Below are positions 8,712-19,013 of a stretch of 38,408 bases of DNA, piece by piece. The notes below the pieces were generated by a model that saw only the letters and a list, made by a program, of their open reading frames with translations, did not search any database and was not told where the DNA came from. A program made the translations under genes and the position numbers. Source of the DNA: Pseudomonadota bacterium (GTDB taxonomy: Bacteria; Pseudomonadota; Gammaproteobacteria; Legionellales; Legionellaceae); assembly GCA_021849905.1 (NCBI GenBank), contig JAJZSG010000001.1, forward strand, positions 1-38,408. Reading direction: 5' to 3'. How positions within the stretch are numbered: the first letter of the stretch is position 1; every line of letters begins with the position of its first letter.

Positions 8712-10838
8712 TTAACTTTCAAAAACTGATTCCATTTCAAAAGAAGGGTTCTTTTTTTTGGGGATATGCCCTTCAACCCTCGCTTCAAAATTGGTCTCAA
8801 AACTGCTTTCATTGCACGTCGATTGCATGGCAGACGCTGCATCAGTTTTTTTGCTTTGCGGCAAAGGACGTGCGATAAACCCGTCAGCAATCGCTACCCG
8901 TTTTTGATGTTTGAGCGTTAATTTTGTGATGGGGTGTCCGGGGAGACGCAGAAAACACTCAAGGGCTTGCAGACCCATGATTTCTGGATAGGTGACAATG
9001 GGTCGAGTGACTCTATTTTTTCCAAGCGAGATACCATCGCGAATTGAGTTTGCACCATAGGAGTAGTTCTCGCGTGCATCATCGACCTCCTCTTCGCCTA
9101 ATTCTTTTGATACAAGCTGCGCCATCTCGTGACTAGGACTTGCAAAAAAAGCACGTGTATTGAGTAAGTCAAAAATTTCGGCAGCGCCACTGCGGCCATA
9201 AACCTTGACGAGCTGACTAAAACTTTGCATTCCCAGCAAAAAGCATCCGCCAAATTTTCGAACCTCGGCAATGGTTTCTCCCAAGAGCGGCAGTTTATGA
9301 AGACTGGGTAACTCATCACAGATAAACCAAATTCGCCGATTTTGGTTCTCAGGCAGGCTTAAGAGAGTAAGGGATGCCATCGCAATCCACATGGAGATAA
9401 GGGGTCTTAATGATTTGTGTTGCTCGCCATTCGATGAAATAAACAACCAGCCTTGGCAGTCTGGATTTAAGATATAATCACGAATGGAAAACGGCACTTT
9501 TCCACAGGTGTGGGAAGTCAAAAGCGTGATGTTGGTGAGACACGCTTGTGTTGCATTTTGAGGTTCATTGAGACCGACAGGGAATATTTTACTGAGTAGT
9601 TCAAAATCTGTGACCACTAATTTTTTTGGTTTCAGGTCATGGCCGATGTAATAGGCATCTGAGTCGAATACAACGTAGGTTGAATGACCATCACATAACT
9701 TTTTGATGAGTTCTGCTGGCATTGTTTCTGGATTTTTCGACATCCTCATGAGGACGCACTGTTGCCTTTCATCGTTTAAACCACTCAATGACTGCATGGA
9801 TTTTAAGTAAGTCGTGATAACCGAACGAATGGATATCGCTGTCTTTTCAATTTTGTTGCTTACAAGTGTTGCGGCAGCCGTACCCGTTAGATAAGGCTCT
9901 AATTCTGTAAATTCGCCTGTGACCAACAGTCGCAGTAGTTTTTCAAGTGAACGGTTTGGATCGTGTCGCATTTTAGAGGCCGCTGACGATAACACTGTGC
10001 GTGCGGCATTCACCCAAAACGGATCGGATTCTCCATGCATTGGAATGAGACTTTCAGCCATGTTTTCAAGGAGTTCATCACGAGGCGCCTCAGCCCATAA
10101 ATCCCAGTTGGCGCAACGCGCATCAAAGGGATTTAACAATACGTCACTTGATTCTTGAAAGTAGCTTTCAGTGAAAGTGCAGCCTTTGTCGTACACGATG
10201 ACCCTGTCGCCCCTAGCACGTAAGCCATCCATCAGTTTCATGATAAGTTGGCTCTTTCCCATCCCGACCGTTCCATGCACCAATAAATGCTGCACTTCGC
10301 AGTCTTTAATCAGCGGAAAACCATCAAAATTTAAATCAGATCCTTTCCCTGCTCGAATGATTTGTTTCTTGAGTTTTTTACTTGGAAGAAGGCTTGTGCC
10401 ACGTATGAATTGATTCTTGGCTTGAAACTTGCCCTTGCGAATAAAATACACCGCGAGCAGCGCACCTAATACAAGTGACGCCCCGCCACCAATAAGGGCT
10501 GAATTGAATAGCGAATCAAGACAGGCATTAGCGTTTAGTGAGTAATAGGGATTACTTACTAAATCGTGAACTGAACGCTTCAGCACGTACCCATGATATG
10601 GAATATCAAAGGTATGCGACGATTTAACGAGATTGAGAAATAGTGCGTAATAATAGATTGCTGTTTGCATTAACCTGTCTGTACCGGTAAAAAACCACAT
10701 CACCAGCCCACTGGTTAAAAACCAAACTGCAAGACAGCAGTACAACAGCGTTTTGGTGATTTGATCCCACATTCGCAGGTTGTGAAACGAAATTTGACCT
10801 CCACGGGTATAGTGTTTGTAATTTGATTCCGTACTCAT
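8712..10838 (-). CDS. traD: Type IV coupling protein TraD
   Basis: 708 aa with N-terminal TM segments and Walker A HGTVGMGKSQ. It sits immediately upstream of traI, and its stop overlaps the traI SD. Confidence 0.93.
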   Translation of the reverse strand: MSTESNYKHYTRGGQISFHNLRMWDQITKTLLYCCLAVWFLTSGLVMWFFTGTDRLMQTAIYYYALFLNLVKSSHTFDIPYHGYVLKRSVHDLVSNPYYSLNANACLDSLFNSALIGGGASLVLGALLAVYFIRKGKFQAKNQFIRGTSLLPSKKLKKQIIRAGKGSDLNFDGFPLIKDCEVQHLLVHGTVGMGKSQLIMKLMDGLRARGDRVIVYDKGCTFTESYFQESSDVLLNPFDARCANWDLWAEAPRDELLENMAESLIPMHGESDPFWVNAARTVLSSAASKMRHDPNRSLEKLLRLLVTGEFTELEPYLTGTAAATLVSNKIEKTAISIRSVITTYLKSMQSLSGLNDERQQCVLMRMSKNPETMPAELIKKLCDGHSTYVVFDSDAYYIGHDLKPKKLVVTDFELLSKIFPVGLNEPQNATQACLTNITLLTSHTCGKVPFSIRDYILNPDCQGWLFISSNGEQHKSLRPLISMWIAMASLTLLSLPENQNRRIWFICDELPSLHKLPLLGETIAEVRKFGGCFLLGMQSFSQLVKVYGRSGAAEIFDLLNTRAFFASPSHEMAQLVSKELGEEEVDDARENYSYGANSIRDGISLGKNRVTRPIVTYPEIMGLQALECFLRLPGHPITKLTLKHQKRVAIADGFIARPLPQSKKTDAASAMQSTCNESSFETNFEARVEGHIPKKKNPSFEMESVFES

Positions 10839-10926
10839 TTTTTGTCCTTATTATTTTTTTGGGAAAAGCAGCGGCTAACCACGGCTCACTTGTGGTTTAA
10901 ATGAATTCATTAAGAGAGCGTTTTCG

Positions 10927-11535
10927 CTATTTTGATGGGCGCACGATGTCCTCCTTGGGGTAGTCCTTAGAGAGGTATTTATTTACGGCAAGCGTTAGTG
11001 CACTCAAGCCTATTCGATTGGTTTCCATTTCAATAAGCATACTTGTGATAATCGCTGTTGGAATGGCAGCGATTATCTCGGCAAAAAAAATGAGTCCGGG
11101 ATCGGCGATGAATGTTGCAAGCGTGTTGATAAGGCCGAAAACGCTAAATGCTACCCAGCCACCGAATTGCATTTTTTTCAATAAGACATCACCGGTTTTG
11201 AATTTTTGGCGAAGTTGAAGATTAAAAATAACATAGTGATTAATGCCGCTATGGAGCATAAAGAGCGAGAAAAGAGTAAAAGCGAGTGCACTTAAAGCCA
11301 GCGTGAGTCCATTCTCTATCCATGTCGAGTGTTCAAAAAATACATGCCAGTGTTCTCTGAATAATGCCGGCATGATGCACGCTCCGAGACACAAGCCGTA
11401 GATTCTTAAAGAAACCAACATAAAAGCGCGGGCGTTCGCGCGGTAATAGTCATTTGCAGGAACAATGTCTAAGTCGAGCCGCTTTATCGTTTCTAAATCA
11501 TCGGAAATGGCTTGTTTCAATTGCGTTGAGTCCAT
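10927..11535 (-). CDS. Polytopic inner-membrane protein in the traS (entry exclusion) position
   Basis: 202 aa with several hydrophobic spans, lying between traG and traD where F carries traS. I recognise no sequence similarity; TraS proteins are poorly conserved. Confidence 0.6.
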   Translation of the reverse strand: MDSTQLKQAISDDLETIKRLDLDIVPANDYYRANARAFMLVSLRIYGLCLGACIMPALFREHWHVFFEHSTWIENGLTLALSALAFTLFSLFMLHSGINHYVIFNLQLRQKFKTGDVLLKKMQFGGWVAFSVFGLINTLATFIADPGLIFFAEIIAAIPTAIITSMLIEMETNRIGLSALTLAVNKYLSKDYPKEDIVRPSK

Positions 11536-11552
11536 GGCTTGCTCCTTCTCGG

Positions 11553-14345
11553 TTAGCTATCTTTTTTCAAATTACGATGTAGCATAAATGGCAGACGGGT
11601 TGCATTCTCCTTGCCTTTTTGGATGGTTTGAGTGGCGTCAAGGGTTGACGTCTTCAAGTCATTATTCAGCCGTCGAGTCACATGATTGGTTTGATTACGG
11701 GTTAAATCTAATTGGCCTTGAATGTTTTCTTGGAATTGGGCACTTGATGCTTCACTCATCCCCAGATTCAATGACTTGGCGTCTTCTGCGAGCTTTTCAT
11801 GATTGGCTTGATAATGACGCCTAGTCTCACTTTCTTTGGCAATTAAAGTCTGCGCACTTTGGTTGTAGTGACCATCGATTTTTGCGCTTTGGGATTGGTT
11901 TCCGAACGTGGCTATTAAATCATCGCGTTTATGGGCAACAAAATCTTGTCCAAGGGTTTGAAGTTGTTGAATGGACGCCATATCACCAGGATGTGAAAAG
12001 AGCTCATCGCGTTTAGCACGTCCAACACGGGACTCAACATAACCCGGGAATGCTTGATTGAGGTCGGCATTAACTTGCGCCCCATGGGATTCAACATAAC
12101 TTCTTGCATTTTGTAAGCGTTCGGCTTTAGATAAGGATGCATCCACCTGATGACTCGCGGTTTCGGCATCACGTAGATCCGCACCCAATTGACGAGACAA
12201 GCTCGCTCCTTTTGAATGTGAATCATCAAAGTGATGCGTTGCCACAAATTGACTGGCAAAATTAAATGATTTATTAAAATCTTCAGCTTCTTTCGCGGTT
12301 ACGGATTGATCAGTACCTTCATGATATCGATCACCGGAGGTCGATGAACGATCGTATTTCTCATCTGTTCGCACCCCACCCTCGGCACCAATAGTGAGTT
12401 TGGCTAAATGACCCACAATACTTCGATCGCTTGAGGCGCTTACATGACCGCTTGCACTCATTGATGTTAACGTTGTCATGGCCTCTTCTTGACTAACGCC
12501 CAAGCGCTTGGAAACATCGGACGCAATGCTCGTCATTTTGGATAGCGCTTGTGTGTATTGACCGGACTCTTGAGAAGATACCCCGTCGCCTAGCCGCATA
12601 TCATGGCCATCGAGTTGAGAGAGCTGCATCGCACGGTGTGACGCATTGGATATTGCGCTTTGAAAATGTTGAGATTCATTTTGAGCTGCCTGTTTAGATG
12701 TTTCATAGGCTTGATTGAGAGAGCCGCTTAATGCGTCTGATGTATTAATTGAGACAGCACCCCGTGTCATGCCTGGGCTTACATCGAAAACAGTTTCTCC
12801 ACTTCTTGTAACGGTTTTAATGACCCCAGATGCACTCTGTTCAGAATGCATTCCATGCATATTCGTCCAGTTGGTATCATGCTTATTGGCAGACATATTA
12901 TTCGCTGTCGTATTATAAAAGCTTGTTTGCCCAAGCCCAAAGGAAGCACTTGCCGCTTCACCCGCGACCGCCATTCCTGAGCCTTGAACGTGGCCCGTGA
13001 TGCTGGTTGCAAGCCCATTGAAAGCCTCACCTAAGTTAGACACCAAGCCTTTCGCGATAAACGGAATCATCGCCATGATGTAGCCTGCAACGCCTGAAAT
13101 ATCTCGGCTTAATTCGGTCATTTTATCAAGATTGACCATCGTCATGGCACCATGGCTCGATACGGCGTCCATCCCGTATTGACTCATCCCATGATTAATG
13201 ACCGCAAAAAGAACCGGCCAGCATTGCAGTGATAAGAGAAATTGCAGGTAGCCTGTAAAAATACGCCCACCACCTGGCATCGTGCCGAGAGCGAGAACCA
13301 AGGGGAATACGCCAAATAAAATTAGCAAAAGGTTGGTGTGCAGCAGGGGTAAAAACCACACAGCCTTTAGGCCCAAAATATCCCAGCTCCAACGATGTTG
13401 CAGTTGTGATTTAGTGAACTCATGATTAACAACACTGGCTGTATTATCGGTAAACGCTTGATAGTGGTTAATGCCATCCCCCATCGCGTTAATCATCATG
13501 GCTTGCAAAAAGATGTTGCTTGATGTGTCGGTCAGTCCTTGATAGTACTTTGCGGCCGACGTTAAATGCGTTTCAAACAGGCGTTCATAGGTGGTCTTTT
13601 TTTGTTTTCCAAAGAGGTTAATTCCAAAGATGCTGTAGGTTTTGTGAATTTCAGCGTCTAGGCGTGCTTTAAGGCTATGTACACCGTCCCCACGGCTAGC
13701 TTCCTCGCACGTCACGAGTGCACCGTTTACTTCGGTCATCCGTAAAGGGGATGCTTTTTTGCTAATTACATCCCAGATGTTGGTGGATGTCGCCAAATCG
13801 CCAACACTGTATTTTTGATTAAGCCGGATATCGCCTACTACACATGAGCGAAAATAGTGATCCATTTCATCTTTAAGGGTTGGATCAATGATTCTGAAAT
13901 CGTGCGCCGCCTCGATGAGTTTAGCTCCAAAGAGCGCGCCGGTTTTGGTATAGGCAAAATCACCGGGTGTTGCAAAGAGCGCGTCATAGCTTTGTGCAAG
14001 CCCATAACCAACACTGGTTAAAAGACTCGCAGTTACGGCGAAGACAACAGGGACGTTACCTACTGTAACTATTTTTTGAGTTGAAATGTCTTGAATCAAG
14101 ACGCTCGTTTTGGGGATCAATAACAAATTGGTACATAAAACATAGCCAAAAAACCATTTAGCAAATACCATTGGGTCGCGTGATTTTAAAAATCCAACCG
14201 TGACCATCACAATGCCGATGAGTGCCGTGATGCGCAACAAATCAAAAAAGTCGTTTTGACTCATGAAGGCGGTGATGGCATTTAAGACATCGGCGAATAA
14301 ATCACCTGCGGCCAAAACGTGAATCGTCATAACGTGATGTGACAT
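11553..14345 (-). CDS. traG: TraG (F-type; pilus assembly / mating-pair stabilisation)
   Basis: 930 aa with a multi-TM N-terminal half and a long hydrophilic C-terminal half. Size and position match F TraG. Confidence 0.88.
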   Translation of the reverse strand: MSHHVMTIHVLAAGDLFADVLNAITAFMSQNDFFDLLRITALIGIVMVTVGFLKSRDPMVFAKWFFGYVLCTNLLLIPKTSVLIQDISTQKIVTVGNVPVVFAVTASLLTSVGYGLAQSYDALFATPGDFAYTKTGALFGAKLIEAAHDFRIIDPTLKDEMDHYFRSCVVGDIRLNQKYSVGDLATSTNIWDVISKKASPLRMTEVNGALVTCEEASRGDGVHSLKARLDAEIHKTYSIFGINLFGKQKKTTYERLFETHLTSAAKYYQGLTDTSSNIFLQAMMINAMGDGINHYQAFTDNTASVVNHEFTKSQLQHRWSWDILGLKAVWFLPLLHTNLLLILFGVFPLVLALGTMPGGGRIFTGYLQFLLSLQCWPVLFAVINHGMSQYGMDAVSSHGAMTMVNLDKMTELSRDISGVAGYIMAMIPFIAKGLVSNLGEAFNGLATSITGHVQGSGMAVAGEAASASFGLGQTSFYNTTANNMSANKHDTNWTNMHGMHSEQSASGVIKTVTRSGETVFDVSPGMTRGAVSINTSDALSGSLNQAYETSKQAAQNESQHFQSAISNASHRAMQLSQLDGHDMRLGDGVSSQESGQYTQALSKMTSIASDVSKRLGVSQEEAMTTLTSMSASGHVSASSDRSIVGHLAKLTIGAEGGVRTDEKYDRSSTSGDRYHEGTDQSVTAKEAEDFNKSFNFASQFVATHHFDDSHSKGASLSRQLGADLRDAETASHQVDASLSKAERLQNARSYVESHGAQVNADLNQAFPGYVESRVGRAKRDELFSHPGDMASIQQLQTLGQDFVAHKRDDLIATFGNQSQSAKIDGHYNQSAQTLIAKESETRRHYQANHEKLAEDAKSLNLGMSEASSAQFQENIQGQLDLTRNQTNHVTRRLNNDLKTSTLDATQTIQKGKENATRLPFMLHRNLKKDS

Positions 14346-14357
14346 CTATTCCTCTCC

Positions 14358-15725
14358 TTAATGCGCTGTATTGCCAAGTCCACTGGCGAGTTGTTTCTCA
14401 ATCTCACCCATGCGTGAAATAAGTGCTATTTTTTCTTGAAGTTTCCGAGCAACTTTTGGATCGACGGACGCAATTTCACGATTAGCATCCCGAATACGCG
14501 TTTGAATATCGCGAACGAGATCTTCATTGAGATCGGAGCCCGCGGTCGCATTGGCGACGTCTTGTAGTAAGCCGCTTAAATAATGTTGCAGTAGGTCTTC
14601 GGCGATGAGTGTTGAGTAGCCCTCAATTTCAACGGCTGCATCGTTATAATGTGTGCTGTTTAAGACCGCTAGAAACTTCATAATGGGGAAAATGGTTAAA
14701 TTTAAAAAGTTTTCTTCCTCAGCTGTTTTGGCTTCATCGTTTTTTAGTTTGGTGTCGAGCGATTCGATAATGGTTCGAACACGCGCAGTCAATGTTTGTG
14801 CCTCAGTAACGTTCATTTTTTTAAGACTCACGTCCATACAAGTGGTGCCAGCGCTTTCATCACTGCATCGCCACATTTGCTCATTACTTGCTGAATTAGT
14901 TCCACCCAGTAAGGATTGAATGAAGTGAGTGCTTGAAGCCAAAGAAGGCACAACTTTTACCTTGCCCGCTTTATCAATAATCAAGGTTCCCGTGAGGCTC
15001 ATGACCATCTCAGCGAGTTCCACATCCCCATTTAAGAAGGCATTTTTTTGTAAAATAGACCAGACGATATTTTTATTTAAAACGACTTGTTTCTTTTGAT
15101 GTTCGTCTTTTGCGGCTTTTTCCATAACCGCGTCATGTCCATCGCCACTACATTCCATGCGCGCCGAGACATAATCAGAAATAACCCCTGACCTGCCCAT
15201 TGCAGCCTGATCATGGCAAATTTTTTGTTGAGAGGCAGCCGTTTTGGGAAACATTCCACCGACAAAATTTTGTGCCATTTCACACGAATTCACACTTGCT
15301 TGATTAACCTTTTGCGCCATCGTTTGCAGATAGTCACGGACTTGTTTTAGTTCTGGAACGGTTGTGGCTAACATCACATCGACCGCATAGGCACCCGAGC
15401 TCGTCATCACTTGCTTACCTAAATCAACAAGCTTTTGATGACTGATAAAGCTTAAACTTCCCGTAAATAAATCAATACCATTACAACCCGCGCGATAGCT
15501 TGGTAAATCTAATTCCACAAGCTGGTAACGGCTTACGCGAGTACGCGCATAAAGCGAGCCGCCGCCATAAAAGCCTGCTGCTTGCGATTGAAAGGCAGCA
15601 GGTTTCGTGATGTTTGAAGCAACATTGATGCCATTGAAAAATGAGGACATGTCACTTGCCACATCGGCATGAGACGAGCTTACGAGAGCCATACTAAGCG
15701 CGAGCATTTTAAGTCTAAGTTTCAT
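14358..15725 (-). CDS. traH: TraH
   Basis: 455 aa with a signal peptide (MKLRLKMLALSMALVSSSHA). F-like position, and an ATGA-type overlap with the next gene. Confidence 0.88.
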   Translation of the reverse strand: MKLRLKMLALSMALVSSSHADVASDMSSFFNGINVASNITKPAAFQSQAAGFYGGGSLYARTRVSRYQLVELDLPSYRAGCNGIDLFTGSLSFISHQKLVDLGKQVMTSSGAYAVDVMLATTVPELKQVRDYLQTMAQKVNQASVNSCEMAQNFVGGMFPKTAASQQKICHDQAAMGRSGVISDYVSARMECSGDGHDAVMEKAAKDEHQKKQVVLNKNIVWSILQKNAFLNGDVELAEMVMSLTGTLIIDKAGKVKVVPSLASSTHFIQSLLGGTNSASNEQMWRCSDESAGTTCMDVSLKKMNVTEAQTLTARVRTIIESLDTKLKNDEAKTAEEENFLNLTIFPIMKFLAVLNSTHYNDAAVEIEGYSTLIAEDLLQHYLSGLLQDVANATAGSDLNEDLVRDIQTRIRDANREIASVDPKVARKLQEKIALISRMGEIEKQLASGLGNTAH

Positions 15726-16174
15726 GACACGCTCCCTGTATTTTCATAGACAATAATTTTAGGAATGAGTTCTTCAAGGCGTGTTGTGAGCTCACGTTCA
15801 TTCAACGAGCCAATCGATACTGGATAGAGCATTTGAGTTCTTTGGTTTGCAATAAAAAGCGCGGGATAGTGAATGGATTGGTTTTTAAAGGCGATGGTTG
15901 TCCAGTCGCTCGTTGCAGGCAGAAAGTCCTTAAATTCAGGCAGAGGTTGGTTATCAAACGATAATGGCAGCACTTTTGCTCCGAAGTCGTTTGCGACTCG
16001 ACTTAATACTGGAGAAAACTGATGGCAGTAAGGGCAGGTGCTTGCGAAGAAGAATACGAAGCCATGGGTGTAAAAAAAAGCGTTTTCTGGCTTGGAGTTT
16101 GGCGCGGTTGCCGCATAATGGGTGCTTAACCATAGGCTCATGACCGCGATGGCAATCGTGACTATTTTTTTCAT
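15722..16174 (-). CDS. trbB: TrbB-like thioredoxin-fold thiol:disulfide isomerase
   Basis: 150 aa with a signal peptide and a CPYC active-site motif. Overlaps the traF stop. Confidence 0.8.
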   Translation of the reverse strand: MKKIVTIAIAVMSLWLSTHYAATAPNSKPENAFFYTHGFVFFFASTCPYCHQFSPVLSRVANDFGAKVLPLSFDNQPLPEFKDFLPATSDWTTIAFKNQSIHYPALFIANQRTQMLYPVSIGSLNERELTTRLEELIPKIIVYENTGSVS

Positions 16175-16923
16175 AATCCGTCTTCCTTGAAATGATGAAT
16201 GACACTAACGAGGTTTTGTTCAAGCACGTCTTGCGTTGTGAAGCCAAATGCAATCGGTAAGGTTTCTTGACGTCTTGGATTGACGAGCAGTATGGCTGGG
16301 AAGAAACGCACGCCAAGTGCCTCTGCTTGTCCGTTATCTAATCGCGAATCAGGTAGTTCGGGTGCTCGTTTACCATCGACACTGACTGGAATCAATGGAA
16401 GCGCAAAGCGCTCACAAAAATCTTGAAGAACCGCAATTTGCTTTTGGTCATAGGTGTTTTTAGCTCGATAAAAAAAGAGCAACCCGTGGGTTTTTGAGAG
16501 GCTATGAATCGCGTCTTTATTATTTTTTTCACGTTCAGAGTCTAATAATTTAGTGCCAATGCTTGAGGTTGGATGTGTCACTTGATAATCATACTCAGGA
16601 TAATAGAGCATCGTTTTATGAAAGAGATTACGAAAGCGTGAGGATTCTTTCATCCAATAATCTTGCAGTGCTAAAAACTGGCGCATGTCTTCCATAGATT
16701 TTGTCTGACGCGCCCGGTGTAGTGCTTCCAGTGTGTAGAAGTTCAGCACTTTATCACGTTCTGTATAGCTCATTTGATTAAAGGGCACGCCTTTTGGCTT
16801 TTGCGCTTTTTGCGTCACCGGCGGCTTTGGTGTGTTATACCAAAGGAAGCCAATGGGTGCCTCGTCGGCTGCGGCTAATGTTGAGATTGCTATGAATGCG
16901 AACCCACAAATCCATTTAATCAT
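16171..16923 (-). CDS. traF: TraF (thioredoxin-like fold, no CXXC)
   Basis: Start moved to the internal ATG (MIKWICGFAFIAISTLAAA signal peptide), which overlaps the traN stop by 8 nt. The GFLWYN motif matches the F TraF N-terminus. Confidence 0.85.
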   Translation of the reverse strand: MIKWICGFAFIAISTLAAADEAPIGFLWYNTPKPPVTQKAQKPKGVPFNQMSYTERDKVLNFYTLEALHRARQTKSMEDMRQFLALQDYWMKESSRFRNLFHKTMLYYPEYDYQVTHPTSSIGTKLLDSEREKNNKDAIHSLSKTHGLLFFYRAKNTYDQKQIAVLQDFCERFALPLIPVSVDGKRAPELPDSRLDNGQAEALGVRFFPAILLVNPRRQETLPIAFGFTTQDVLEQNLVSVIHHFKEDGL

Positions 16924-18598
16924 GTGCCTTCCCCTCTTGATTAAGTCGTTCGATATGCGCTTGATTATAGGCTTCACTAGTGGCGGCATTAGGTGGATTT
17001 AGGCGCGCTACAAGATCATGTTCAATCGGTGATAAGTTGAGTTTGCTAAAATTGATGCGCTCTAATTCTTCTGGTGTTATCCCGCGACAATCCGGTTTTT
17101 TAGCTTTGCCGAATGAAATATGAAGTTGTGCGCCCCTACCTTCTTTTTGAATAATGGCGCTGAGTTTTGATGGAAAAACGCAAAAGGCATGGTGCTCGTC
17201 AAGGTCAAGTTTATGTTTTCTGTATTTGCCTAACGAGACAACACGCTTCTCATCTTTTGCTTTTTGCAGTACTTTCAAGGGAGCCGGGCAATTTTGAACC
17301 CAATCACCCCATCCGCTATCGGTGCAACAATCACGAAAGCCAAGCGGATAGGATTTGCAGTCAATGACCTCGCCCGCAAAAATCTGAGGCACTCCTGAAT
17401 CAACTTGTTTGGTGGCAACATCACTGGCAGCCCCTGCTAGTGCCCCTAATCGTGATACGCCTTCACCCATGTCATGGCTTTCTTCATTGTGAGTCGCGTC
17501 ACAAGAGCCGTCTGTACAAGGAAGTGGCTCCATGCAAATATCAGGTTGCGGAATGCAGGTGTCGATTGCGCATTCAAATGTTTGTGCATAGGTTGTACAC
17601 ACTCCAAATTGCTGCGTGACACAAGAAGACAACGTTTGGGTGCAACCTTGATTAATGAGTGATGTACACGAACTCGAAGTGCCAGCCACGCATTGATAGC
17701 GCATTGACTTGCCCCAGCAGGCACGTTGAATAGGAAATCCGTTGATGATTTTTGTAACATTGGCTTCGAGGCACGGTTCGTCTGCTTGAAAAATACAAGC
17801 GCCATTGGTCGCTCTTTCTTGCAGCGCCGGGCAACTCTGTGTGTCCAAGACATCCTCAGTGGTATGTTCCGTGACCGTGATATCAATTTTACCCCGTTGG
17901 CCTTTTATGCGAGATTTCAGGGTTACCATGAGATTGGTGCAGGTTTGATCGGTTGATGTTGCGACATCCAGCCCATTTTGAGTGACTTTAATCGAAACAG
18001 CATGGCAAAAAGGGCTCACATGAACTTCATTTTCTGGTTTACAAAGACCGTCCTTCGACCATTTCCCGCAGTCAGCCAAATCAAATGGGGGCTGGAAATT
18101 TAATCCGAAAACGATGCGCGTAACGTTATGGATTTTAGTTTCCATTTTAATAGTCAAGCGCTCAAGGCATTGGCTCTCTTCATAATGAATGCTGTCTTCG
18201 CAAGCTTTCGTTACCATGTCGGTATGACACAACGGTGGTGCTTTATAACAACCACCCTCTTTAACCGAATCGCTCCCCTCAATTAAATGGTCGGCCATTT
18301 GCATTTCTGAGCTATTAGGATTAAGTTTCGCGCGCGATCGGGTTCTCGACTGGTTAATGACTTGATTGGCTATATCGTTTTTCGTGGCAGCCGCAACTCC
18401 TTGTCTTGATAAACTCTCCTTATCAAGCGAGCTATAGTTTGTCTCAGATGGATTGTTAGTGAATCCTGGTAAGGCCTCATTTGGCTTAAATTGCCCAAGT
18501 GCCTGTTTAAAAGCGCTTGCCGTCGTCACAGGCGCTGACGTGGCCATTTGCACGAACGTCACAAGGATAAGCCAAATCAAGAGCGTCACTTTAGCCAC
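16916..18598 (-). CDS. traN: TraN (cysteine-rich outer-membrane mating-pair stabilisation protein)
   Basis: Very Cys-rich mature protein. I favour the GTG start at 18598 (GGAGAA SD 6 nt upstream; signal peptide AKVTLLIWLILVTFVQMA). The ATG at 18616 is an alternative. Confidence 0.85.
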   Translation of the reverse strand: MAKVTLLIWLILVTFVQMATSAPVTTASAFKQALGQFKPNEALPGFTNNPSETNYSSLDKESLSRQGVAAATKNDIANQVINQSRTRSRAKLNPNSSEMQMADHLIEGSDSVKEGGCYKAPPLCHTDMVTKACEDSIHYEESQCLERLTIKMETKIHNVTRIVFGLNFQPPFDLADCGKWSKDGLCKPENEVHVSPFCHAVSIKVTQNGLDVATSTDQTCTNLMVTLKSRIKGQRGKIDITVTEHTTEDVLDTQSCPALQERATNGACIFQADEPCLEANVTKIINGFPIQRACWGKSMRYQCVAGTSSSCTSLINQGCTQTLSSCVTQQFGVCTTYAQTFECAIDTCIPQPDICMEPLPCTDGSCDATHNEESHDMGEGVSRLGALAGAASDVATKQVDSGVPQIFAGEVIDCKSYPLGFRDCCTDSGWGDWVQNCPAPLKVLQKAKDEKRVVSLGKYRKHKLDLDEHHAFCVFPSKLSAIIQKEGRGAQLHISFGKAKKPDCRGITPEELERINFSKLNLSPIEHDLVARLNPPNAATSEAYNQAHIERLNQEGKAHD

Positions 18599-19013
18599 CG
18601 ATGATTCTCCTGGCATCAGGACGCGTAAGACCGCTATCCCCAAGTCCTGCAATCCGCATTAACCCGTCGCGCAAATTTAAATTGCCATACAGCACATCAA
18701 AGTCATGGCCGTTATCAACAACGAGCGCGGGTACTTGTTGAATACCAAAGCGCTCAAACGCTGTTGGGTCAATTTGAAGATTGAGATTGGGAACAGCTTT
18801 TGAAAGCGCCTCTATGCGTTGAATCGTTTTAGGCATGGAGTTATCAATCAGTCCATTTAAAATGGCTGGAATATGAAGATGCGCGCTCTCAGTCAAGCAT
18901 TGTTCAAGTAAAGGTTCTGGCATTGAAAAGCTGACAAATACTTGTGTTGTGACAGCAGCGTTTGCACCCGCGACTACCAGGCTCAGAATTAGTCCCATCA
19001 TTAACAAACGCAT
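18591..19013 (-). CDS. trbC: TrbC (F-type pilus assembly protein)
   Basis: Start moved to MRLLMMGLILSLVVAGANA (signal peptide), forming a TGATG overlap with the upstream ORF. VFVSFSMPEPLL is the typical TrbC motif. Confidence 0.75.
   Translation of the reverse strand: MRLLMMGLILSLVVAGANAAVTTQVFVSFSMPEPLLEQCLTESAHLHIPAILNGLIDNSMPKTIQRIEALSKAVPNLNLQIDPTAFERFGIQQVPALVVDNGHDFDVLYGNLNLRDGLMRIAGLGDSGLTRPDARRIIGG

Noticed and set aside
8663-10413. ORFs 8663..8890, 9098..9319, 9919..10158 and 10171..10413 overlapping traD and the traI start
   Set aside because: They are alternative-frame or antisense ORFs within traD. The TraD frame carries the Walker A motif and coupling-protein features, and these ORFs carry nothing recognisable.
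11018-13392. ORFs 11018..11218, 11588..11824, 11915..12259, 12715..12918, 12779..13030 and 13195..13392
   Set aside because: They are embedded in the traS-position gene or in traG, in other frames or on the other strand. They are most likely chance open frames.
14653-18662. ORFs 14653..14919, 15077..15283, 15954..16316, 17167..17367, 17446..17886, 17474..17662, 17652..17834, 17726..17956 and 18453..18662
   Set aside because: They overlap traH, trbB, traF and traN. The 146-aa frame in traN is on the same strand but lacks a signal peptide and context, whereas the TraN frame has the characteristic Cys pattern.
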